Positions 1 to 9,500 of a DNA stretch of 64,000 bases are shown here, in pieces; within the stretch, counting starts at the first letter, position 1, and the number at the start of each line of letters is the position of its first letter. The DNA is from Paramoeba atlantica (lineage: Eukaryota; Protista; Discosea). A model generated the notes under the pieces. It ran no database searches, was not told the origin of the DNA, and was given only the letters and a program-made list of their open reading frames with translations. A program made the translations under genes and the position numbers. Where the stretch lies: the NCBI GenBank assembly GCA_977017575.1, contig CDRNVI010000030.1, forward strand, positions 310,001-374,000, read 5' to 3'.

Positions 1-593
1 GCCCATGTAAGGATGGTATTAAAGGAGAGATTAAAGACAAAGTCGTCTCCCATATACGCAGGAGCTTTAGCCCCCAGCGAATTACACCCCCGCTAACAAA
101 TATAAAGAGTTATCTCCGCCGTGGAGGAAGACGTGGTCAACGTCGCCGTCGGGGAGCCAATCGTACAGGTATTCCTAATCGCACCGATATTGAGGAGCGA
201 CCGAATGTTGTTACCAATCGGGAGCGATACGGCGATTGGGAATGTGACCTTATAGAAAGGTACGAGACACAACGGATTCTTCCTCACCTTGGTTAAGCGA
301 AAGAGTCGGTTCGAAATCCTAAAGAAGCGCACATGCAAGAAACGGCACTGGTCGCTGAACACATCCTACCGTCACCCCCCCCCTCACTTGTCCTCCTAGG
401 TGACATATCCTCTTTTTACAATCGATGAGAGGATATGTCATCTAGTACCAAGATATGAAGTTCTTAAATAATGTTTTTGTGCTAAACGATTTTAGCACAC
501 GTATTTTATTCTCAATAGTTTTGACAACACATGCTTAGGTCAATAAATAATCAAAATATTCACGTTTCTTAAATTTTCAGCCTTCTAATCAAC

Positions 594-1052
594 ATGTTAC
601 TTAACAAGAAAGCGAATCACAAACCTTTTAATGCAAGTCAAATACAGGTTCCGGTTCGTGCGCATGGGGAAGGTATTGTTGTAATGCCTCACATGGAAGA
701 CGTCCCCACGAGTGTAATAAATGAAACCCAAGTTGTGGTGGCTAGCACCAAAACATCGCGAAAATCAAGAGTCGAATTAACCATTCAACAGAAATTGAAT
801 GTGTGTGCCGCCATCGACAATGGTAAGATGCAACACGTCATTGCGAAGGAGTACAAGCTGGAAGTCAGTACCGTACGAAAACTGTTCAAAAAGAAGCAAT
901 TCGTCCGGTTGGGGTACGGAAGAAAATACCAATATCATCCACCAACAAAGAATCGAGAATTATACGAGCAAGGAGCAGAAACTGAGGGTGTTACTAATCC
1001 CTGGACAGTATGCTGCCCAGGGACACAGCAACTCCCCATTATCTCGGCGTAG
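594..1052 (+). pseudogene. Truncated pogo-like transposase N-terminus (CENP-B N / psq-type HTH)
   Basis: RVELTIQQKLNVCAAIDNGKMQHVIAKEYKLEVSTVRKLFKKK fits the CENP-B-type N-terminal HTH pattern; lies inside the 369-2083 TIR element. Confidence 0.7.
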
Positions 1053-1314
1053 CAAACACGCCTTGGCTTGACTGGCACTGTGATCGCCGAGAGAGAAAGA
1101 AAAAAAAATTCTCCCGAGTCATTTCACAGCCCAGAATGCTTCCCACTTAAGGGGCCCGTTTCCGTATCCGAGTGATCTCCCCGGCAACACGTCTTTCGAC
1201 GTGCGTCAAGAAGGCTGGGATACGGAACCAGGGTGTGCAAGTACGTGCTGTACCCGCACGTTTAATAAGCTCTTTTTTATTTATTTTTTACGGATTTCTT
1301 CTTTTTTTTGTGCA

Positions 1315-1695
1315 CTGATCACAAAGATCACGAAGGCCACAAACGGTGGGTCACAAAGATCCCAAACACGAGATAACAAATAATGGGTCATTAAAATTTC
1401 AAGTGAACCGATCACAAAGATAACAAAAAAACAAACAAACAAACCAATCAGGTAATATTCACATCCGATTACAAAAGATCCCGTGCAATGAATCATAAGG
1501 ACTTCATAGATACCAAACAAACGATCACAAATATCCTAAGTAAGGGGTCGAAAAGATCACAAAAAAAAACAGATCACAAAGATCCCCATACAACCAATCC
1601 TCAACAACCGATCAAAAAGCTCCTGAACAATGGGTCACAAAAACCCCAAATAACATATATCAAAGATCCCAAACAACGGGTCACAAAGATCACTT
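1315..1695. repeat. Cluster of degenerate (G/A)TCACAAAGAT(C/A) short repeats
   Basis: About ten copies of GATCACAAA / GGTCACAAA(GATC) visible on the + strand. Confidence 0.7.
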
Positions 1696-2278
1696 CAGAA
1701 TTCAACAATACATGTTTGCTCTATGGAGGGCTGCGTAACAACGTTTCATCATATGTGTACAATTGAAGCACATGGAGAAGATTATGATAATCTCTGTGTA
1801 AAGCATTAGTTTATTCGGGTCTACGAAAGTGGGGACAAAGCAGGGGCATTGACGATACAAAGATATACCATCCACAGAACTGTTTGTTTTTCCAATATTT
1901 ACATTCATTTCATTGCTCAAATTTAGTTAACTCATTCTCTAGTATAGCAGGCCGAGGGTAACCGCAATAGAAAAAACATTCACACTCTAAGTCGTTACTA
2001 GGTGACTTGTCCTCCTAGGTGACATATCCGCTTTTGGCCGTTTTTTTCCACTCTTGCGAGGATATGTGAGGGGGGGGTGACGGTACAGTGCGTGGTGTTA
2101 TTACGGGACGGGTTAATTTCAGGACGGGTATTAAAGGGACAATATGGGGGTGGGGTCATACAAGTACCTTTGGAATGGGACAAAAGAACTACAAGTGTAG
2201 CACCCAAGTCACAGAGCGCGCAAGTTATGAGGCACACACAAAAATGTATTTGTAAGATAAGTGAATGAAAAGGAGATA

Positions 2279-2412
2279 CAGTGGTTTCAGTTGATCTTGC
2301 CCCCCCCTCGGAATTTTGATTCTTTTGATCCGTTTTTGCTCATCTTTGCAGCATTGGAGAGATCTCGTTCCCCTAGCGAAGAGCTTTGCCGACTTTTTTT
2401 CATAGAGACCCC
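2279..2412 (-). mobile_element. 3' terminus fragment of the Tc1-like family also ending at 60440
   Basis: TA then CAGTGGTTTCAGTTGATCTTGCCCCCCC; near-identical reverse complement of 60307-60440. The ORF track shows the shared peptide VSMKKxRQSSSLGERDLSNAAKMSKNG. Confidence 0.9.
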
Positions 2413-2916
2413 CTCTAAATACAGACTTCCCGAGAACATGTTGCCATGTAAATATATCGCTTGTACCGCAGGGGACAGATAACTTAGCGAGACGGGCCCG
2501 TGCATCTTGCAATGAGAAAGATCGAGAGTGTATAAGGACGGCGGCATATACTCCAAATTTAGAGTACCGTCAAATTCGTTATTGTGGCCATTAAAACTCT
2601 CAATATTAAACTGTAAACATTGTGGCTCGACTTCCCCCATTAGCTCATTGTCGTGGAGAAATAAATGAGAGCAATTTAAACTTGATAAGTGGATCCAATG
2701 AAGAGTTCCGATGAGAGAAAGGTGAGACCATTGAATTGCATAAATTTCGCCTGTTTCCTTACACTCAACCTTATCCCATTTGCAAGCGGGAGTATCCGTA
2801 TTCCAAGAGGGATGATGGTTCTGTGTTTCTCTCAAGACTTGGGCCAAATGATATTCCTCTGGAAGTTTTGCGCGCGCTTTGCCTATGCGGTTGCGTGGAA
2901 AAAACACATCTTCCAT
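2413..2916 (-). pseudogene. 3'-truncated LRR gene, paralog of 5517-6278, fused to a Tc1 terminus
   Basis: MEDVFFPRNRIGKARAKLPEEY...WNTDTPACKW plus LRRs closely match 5517-6278; homology ends at ~2413 where the transposon end begins. Confidence 0.85.
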
Positions 2917-3271
2917 GTGAATTAGTGTAGTATGAAGATTTTCACTCGTTGACAAATATTGTTACAACTACCGCTAAAATGCTTCGAGAAAAGGTCCTCT
3001 CTAAATCTCTATACTACAAGAACATAAAAGAAACATAAAAAAAATGTGGGTGCTTCGGTTCGTGGTCGTCGTTTGTTGTTTACGTGAGATGAGGAGAGAA
3101 TCGTTTTGGAATTCATTTCTAAGCAGATACTCTCTGCTAGAGAGGCTGAAAAAAGCGTACTGCGATAACTAGGGGATAACTAGGGGATAGTATCACGGTT
3201 TCCGCATCTTTGGCTTGTATGGTCTGAGTATGCTGGGTATTACTTCTCCCATTGTCGAATATCTTTTACTA

Positions 3272-3561
3272 AATCATGTTCCAGGATAGTATACCTAGTA
3301 GGTATACTAAGTGGGTACGGTATACTAAATTTTGTCTAAAAAGCAAAACAAAAAAAATCGCGCCGCTTCGCGGCGCGTTCCTTATCTGTAGTTGCTAGAA
3401 AAATGGTGCCTTGACCTTAAAATGCGATTTTTTACCGTGTGATTGCAAGAAAAGTTGCTCTGTCGCTTCTAAAAATGGGATGTCTCCCACTCCTGTTGCT
3501 GGGAGGGGGGGGGGGGTAGGTATACTAAGTGGGCATGGGTATACTATACTGGAACATGATT
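3272..3561. mobile_element. 290-bp MITE with TA target-site duplication
   Basis: TIR AATCATGTTCCAG(G/T)ATAGTATAC. TA at 3270-3271 and 3562-3563. The paralogous segment at ~6620-6640 (atcttttatTAatttacgc) is the empty site. Confidence 0.92.
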
Positions 3562-3880
3562 TAATTTGCGCAACTCTTCGACGGGAAATGGAAATCGGTA
3601 GGAAGGAGGTGTGGATTCACCATCGGCGGATTTTCTATTTGCGTCTGCTAAAAAGCATTTTTTCTCGTTCTCGGTTTCGTTCCGCCCTTTATGTTCTTCC
3701 CTTTCGATTCTTTCAATTCTACAACGTTCATACTCACTTTGTAGGTAATGTGACCTACACTGGACGTGCCGGGCATATAACGAGGGCTGAGATCGACAGC
3801 TTTCTAACTCGCCTAGAGAAAGCGCAAAAGCCTTACCCGCTTTAGCTTCTCGAGCGACACTGTTTGAGAAGCCTTTGCTA
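3562..3880 (-). pseudogene. Duplicated 3' end of the 1752-aa gene
   Basis: GFSNSVAREAKAGKAFALSLGELESCRSQPSLYARHVQCRSHYLQSEYERCR is identical to the C-terminus of 6598-11856. Confidence 0.9.
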
Positions 3881-4024
3881 TTAATAGATAACATCAAGGC
3901 AAAAATTATTAAGCCTAGTAATGAACGTGAATTGCGAAAGGCAATTGAAAAGGGCATGAAAATGTTGAGGAAAGGGCGCTATAAGCGCACTGTTTTAAAG
4001 CGTATTAATTCGGTTCCCAAGCTA

Positions 4025-5020
4025 CCGTCCGATCCATAATTACTGCGGTGAAAAATCATTGCACATTTAATTAGTGCACATTTAATTAGTGCAATAATTA
4101 ATTTTTTTATTTTTTGTGGAGAAACTCTTCATTTTTTATTACTTTTTCCTGCTATGGCCCCGTCGCAGTCGACGCTTGCCTCAAACAATTTTTGCGTATC
4201 ACGGCATGTGGCAGATCTTGTGGAGGAACTTGAGGCTAAACGCTCATCGCGCAAAGCAAAGAGAAATACGTGGAGTGATGAAGAAGTACGTGAATTCCAA
4301 GCACTTTGTGAGAGTCGTTCCGTTTTGACTAGCATGCAGATTTGGAATCAAACGCACGGTAAGAAAATGTCTGAACGAAGTGCCTATGCTTTGAAAGACC
4401 ATGCTCCTTTCGGTAAGCGTGGCCGAAAAGATATGCTTACGGATGCAGAAAAGAATGATGTTTTAGATGGCATTAAGATGTACAATGTGTTAAACAAACC
4501 TGTTGATGCATCCTTGGTTGCAAGCATGGCTCGAGGGATATTGGGTAGAGATCGGTCTGAACTTCTTTCTGAGAATGGAGGCCCCTACGTCATAAGCTGC
4601 TCTTGGGCACGCAGATTCTTGCACGACAACGGATTTACTGTCCGAGCCGCTACATCCGATCGCACGGTTTCCCCTCCTGAAGTGAAGAAGGCTGGTTTAT
4701 TCTTTTATGATGAGCTAAAAAAATATTCCCACATTCTCCCAGAACTCGTATTTAACATGGATGAATTTTTCTGTAAGCTGGATGAAACAAACCGCGAATG
4801 GACACCTTCAGAATCCTTGTGCGCAAATTACTTTTTTGACTAGATATTTGTTAACCATTAATCTTCCGAATTATTTTGTGCGAATTATTTTCTGCCTTTT
4901 TCTAGTTTTCCAAGAGATACAGTTCCGCTTTTAATTAGTGCACATTCAATTAGTGCAGTAATTATTCTCTTAAAATCCCCTGCACTAATTGAAGTTATTC
5001 CTTAATTATGGATCGGACGG
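4025..5020 (+). mobile_element. Internally deleted pogo-like DNA transposon
   Basis: Perfect 18-bp TIR CCGTCCGATCCATAATTA / TAATTATGGATCGGACGG; TA on both sides; subterminal TTAATTAGTGCA repeats. Confidence 0.92.
4154..4843 (+). pseudogene. Truncated pogo transposase (Tc5/CENP-B HTH plus first catalytic Asp)
   Basis: ...CSWARRFLHDNGF...VFNMDEFF; the rest of the DDE domain is missing. Confidence 0.8.
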
Positions 5021-5516
5021 TACTCCGTATTGTTAAGGAACGTGGGGGGAACATTCCGGATATTGCTCCTTTTTTTCATTTTTTATGTTTTTTTTTGGGA
5101 TTTCGCACAGGGTCATGAAGGCCTCCTTATGAGAAAAAATTGTGCTTGCCACCCAACGACAATGTGATCTCCCGGATGCAACAAAAATCAGCTGAAACGG
5201 AGGAAAAAAATACATTTTTCAAAATTGGATGAAAACGTTCTTATCTGAATTTCGATTTTTTATTAGAAAAATCTTAATCTTTGGTCCTCGGGAAGGGACA
5301 GGGGGGTACCCTTCAGAAAGAAAAAATGTCAACGTGCTATGGGAACGAGATCTCTCGAATGCAACAAAAATGAGCAAAAACGGATACAAAAAGGGATAAT
5401 CGCCGGGGGGCGGAGCATTTAGGTCACCACTGTATAATGGAAGAAAAAGATTTGAAAGGGGACTCCGGCAATTCAAAATTAAAAAAGGAGGGGTCACATG
5501 CCTATTAAAAGTGCCA

Positions 5517-6278
5517 CTAAAACTGCCATACGTCGGAATCAATCACATATCGTAAGGGCAAAAGGCACCGATACGACCCACGCTTGGGCAGTATCTTAAT
5601 TTGAGTTCCGCCTACATAAATTGTACGTGAAAACCATATTGGATCATATTCACCGCTTAGGTTTTGATTGTGGTCCAACCCTAACCAGATGCGGTAGGGT
5701 AGATGCCGCAAATCAACTGGCCCGGAGAAATTATTGTGGGATAACCACAACGAAGTCATGCGGCTCGGTATTGTCCCTAAAAATAGACTCCCTGAGAACA
5801 TGTTTCGACTTAAGTATATGCCCCTCACCTGGGGGGACAGCAGGCCTAGCGAGATGGGCCCATGCATCTTGCAATAAGAAAGGTCGAGAGTGTGCAAGGA
5901 CGGCGGCATGTCCTCCAAATTCAGAGTGCCATCGAATTCATTATTGCGGCCATTAAAACTCTCAATATTAAACGGTAAAACTTGTAGCTCGACTTCCCCC
6001 ATTAACTCATTGTGATCGAGAAATAAATGAGAGCAATTTATGCTTGATAAATGTGACCAATACAGAGTCCCGATGAGAGAAGAGTCTGAGAATCGAATTC
6101 TGTAAATTTCAGCCTTTTCAATGCAGTCTACACAATGCCATTCGCACGCAGGAGTATCTGTATTCCAAGAGGGATGCTTGTTCTGTGTGTCCCTCAAGAA
6201 TTGGGCCAACTGATATTCCTCTGGAAGTTTTGCGCGCGCTTTGCCTACGCGGTTGCGTGGGAATAACGTATCATCCAT
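5517..6278 (-). CDS. Leucine-rich repeat protein (N-cap WxxxxxxCxW plus ~5 LRRs, no signal peptide)
   Basis: Intact 253-aa ORF with repeated LxLxxNxLxGxV/LxLxxLP motifs. Confidence 0.85.
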   Translation of the reverse strand: MDDTLFPRNRVGKARAKLPEEYQLAQFLRDTQNKHPSWNTDTPACEWHCVDCIEKAEIYRIRFSDSSLIGTLYWSHLSSINCSHLFLDHNELMGEVELQVLPFNIESFNGRNNEFDGTLNLEDMPPSLHTLDLSYCKMHGPISLGLLSPQVRGIYLSRNMFSGSLFLGTIPSRMTSLWLSHNNFSGPVDLRHLPYRIWLGLDHNQNLSGEYDPIWFSRTIYVGGTQIKILPKRGSYRCLLPLRYVIDSDVWQF

Positions 6279-6597
6279 GTGTATATTTTCACTCGTTGAA
6301 AAACATTGCGACTACTACTTGAAAATGTTTCAAAAAGTTTATATGCCTGGAAGAGATCCTCTTTAAATCTCCACGCTGGTCAAGAATATATCAAAAACAA
6401 GAAAAAAATGTGCTTGAGGCACTTTGGTTCATGGTCTTCATTTGTTTCCTACGTGGAATGAGGAGAATGGTCATGGAACTCATTTCTAAACAGAGCCTCT
6501 CTGCTAGAGAAAAAAGCTTCTTGCGATAAATAGGGGGAAATATAATAGTTTTCGCATCTTTGCCTTGTATGTTTTGACTTGTATTCCGTGTTCTTCT

Positions 6598-9500
6598 CTA
6601 CTTCTCCCATTCTCGAATATCTTTTATTAATTTACGCAATTCTTCAACGGGAAACGAAAATCGGTAGGAAGGTGTGGTTTCACCCCAGGAGGCTTGTCCA
6701 TTTGCGCCTGTTAAAATGCATTTTTTCTCGTTCTCTTTTTCGTTCCGCCCTTTATGTTCTTCCCTTTGGATTCTTTCAACTCTACAACGTTCATACTCAC
6801 TTTGTAGGTAATGTGACCTACACTGGACGTGCCGGGCATATAACGAGGGCTGAGATCGACAGCTTTCTAACTCGCCTAGAGAAAGCGCAAAAGCCTTACC
6901 CGCTTTAGCTTCTCGAGCGACACTGTTTGAAAAGCCTTTGCGCCGAAAACGAAGCCGTTTGGGGCGCGTGATTACTGATTTATGATATTGCAAGGATAAG
7001 GGATTCTTCACCACGTCATTTGCAGAAGGAGAAGACACTTTAGATATAGCCAAGCTCTGATTGGTTTGTCTTGTTACGGTTCTTTTGGTTTTCGTGTTTT
7101 TCAGAGGGGGAACTACCCCGACACGTAGTCTGGTGAGCTGTTGGGTGCGCAGGACATGAGCGCTGAGTGCCGTACAAGGGATACGATCTTGAAAGGTAAG
7201 CGCGAAAGGGTCGAAAACATTCATAAAAGGACCAGGAGGGGAAGGTGCCATGGTTGTCGAAAAACCAGAAAATGTCGAAGAGGGGGAGGAAAACGAGGAA
7301 TCCTTATCCACGTTTGTCCCAAGCAAGTTTCTGGGGAGACCAAAGAGCACGCTGCGAGATCCGCAGGCGCTCGGTGGATACAGCGCGACTTGAGGGGCTA
7401 AGTCCCAGAAAGTCTCAAGTTGGAAGCAAGGACGGCGAGTTGTGTCGAACCGAGCTTCACAAGGGAATGATTCGTTGCGGTGTATCTCCGTATTCGAAGG
7501 ATCCTTGTCCGACAGAGCATCCAACTCCTTTCCTAGATTTGCGCTTTGGCAAAGAACCACAGGTGTTGAAGGAAATTGGCTGCTTTGTTGCCTTCTATCA
7601 CAGGACTGCCAATCCTTTTGGATACATTCACGCACGTGTGTCATCTCCGATAACGGCAAAAAGTGAACATTGACGGGTGCTGTCGCCAGGGCGGATAGCC
7701 AAGCATGTCCCACCGTCGACTGTACGTGACACGCTGCAATGGCAGCGAAAATCGCAAACAACGTCTCGAACGGGACAATGACTTTATCCCCGTCATCGAG
7801 ACCATAATCCGCTCGTAGTTGAGTCCAGAAATCATGAAGGGGGACTACGTCCTTTTGGTTCATCGACCCCCAATTGGAATCATACGGCGGACCGACGAAA
7901 AGCAATCGTTTCGTGTCCTCGACCCACACCTTCACATCGGCAACCTTTCGAATCGGAAAATGCGCGCACTGCAACCCCCCAAGCGCACGAAACACAAACA
8001 CAGACAAAAAATCAACAATCGGGTCATAAGTCACATGCGACGGAGCCATATCCCCTTGAAGAATCATGTCATACAGCACCCCAGGCACGTATGGGGGGCC
8101 GTTCAACCCATTATACCCACTCAGGGACTGTGTTCTCCCGCCTCGGTGTTTTCCCCCGATTTCACCTTCTTTTTGGCCGTTTCCTCCCTCTCCCCCCTCC
8201 CTCCCACTGTCCCTTCTCCCCATCTCCCCCCCACCCACCGGTACCGTCTCCACCCCCGCCCTCTCTACCTCCCCCTTCCCCCTCCCCCCCGCTCTGCATG
8301 TTCTCTCCATCTCCCGCTGCAACACCCGCACCACCACCCACGGGTTCCCCCTACACCCGGATAGTCCCATGGCCCGTGTCCTCTCCCCCACCCGTAGCCC
8401 CATCTTCCACACCACGTTCCACCACAGCAGTACGAACACCCAACCCACAGGGCGTGTACTGCGGCGACCCGTGCTAGGCGTAGCAGCCGTAGGAGTAGCC
8501 GCCATAGTAGCATGACTACCGTTAGAGCTACTTACACGACCCGCACTACAGCTGTTCGTACCGCTTGTAGGACTCGTACGATCTGTACGACTTGTACTAC
8601 GGCTACTCGTACTACTTGCACCACAGCTACCAGTACTACTCGTACTATTGCTACTCGTACTGCCCGTAGTACCTGTACTATAGCTACCAGTACTACCAGT
8701 AGTTTCTGTACTACCTATACTACTTGTAGGGCTACCAATGCAGCTACTCGTACTACTTGTACGACTCGTACTACCCGTACTCCTTCTACTACAGCCACCA
8801 GTACTACTTGTACTACTAGCAACCGTACTACCCGTACTATCTGTACTGCAGCTACCCGTACTATCTGTACTGCAGCTACCAGTACTACTAGTACTATCTG
8901 TACTGCAGCTACCCGTACTACCTGTACTGCAGCTACCAGTACTACCCGTACTATCTGTACTGCAGCTACCAGTACTACTAGTACTATCTGTACTGCAGCT
9001 ACCCGTACTACCTGTACTGCAGCTACCAGTACTACCCGTACTATCTGTACTGCAGCTACCAGTACTACTAGTACTATCTGTACTGCAGCTACCCGTACTA
9101 TCTGTACTGCAGCTACCCGTACTATCTGTACTGCAGCTACCAGCACTACTCGTACTATTGCTACTCGTACGATCTGTACTACTCGTATGGGTTGTACTTC
9201 GACTGTACTCAGGCTGTACCCCTTGTACTTGTACTCGTTCTACTGGATGAGTAGCAGTAGGAGTACAGAGCGTAGTGTCTGTCTTATCCACTACGGCTTG
9301 TTGCAGTGGTTGTACGGGACACGTACTGGGGAGTGTGTGGTCTGTGTTGTTCAGTACTACGTGTGGTTGTACTGGATCTGTAGGAGAGAGTGTAGTGTCT
9401 GTCTTGTGAACGACTGCTTGTGGTTGTACTCTATCTGTAGTAGAGAGTGGATTGTGTCCCATGTCAACTACTATTTGTGGTTGTTGTAGTGAAGGAGTGC

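Larger units (their letters stand above)
369..2083 (+). mobile_element. Non-autonomous pogo/Tigger-like DNA transposon (IS630-Tc1-mariner superfamily)
   Basis: ~19-bp TIR CCGTCAC(C)nTCAC / GTGA(G)nTGACGG, flanked by TA at 367-368 and 2084-2085. Subterminal GACATATCC/GGATATGT motifs at both ends. Internal HTH ORF but no DDE domain. Confidence 0.85.
3881..5432 (+). mobile_element. 3' remnant of a Tc1-like element, interrupted by a pogo
   Basis: Joining 4024 to 5023 reads ...ERELRKAIEKGMKML...KRINSVPKLLRIVKERGGT, resembling the Tc1 C-terminus. Ends ...CCACTG then TA at 5433; the subterminal block is shared with 60340-60390. Confidence 0.7.

Noticed and set aside
1-366. Short ORFs flanking the first pogo element
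   Set aside because: Rejoining the empty site gives only a short ORF with no recognisable motif.
8512-9489. 325-aa Thr/Cys-rich ORF on + and the overlapping VAAVQIV and LPVL ORFs
   Set aside because: Alternative-frame or antisense shadows of the coding tandem repeat in the 1752-aa gene.
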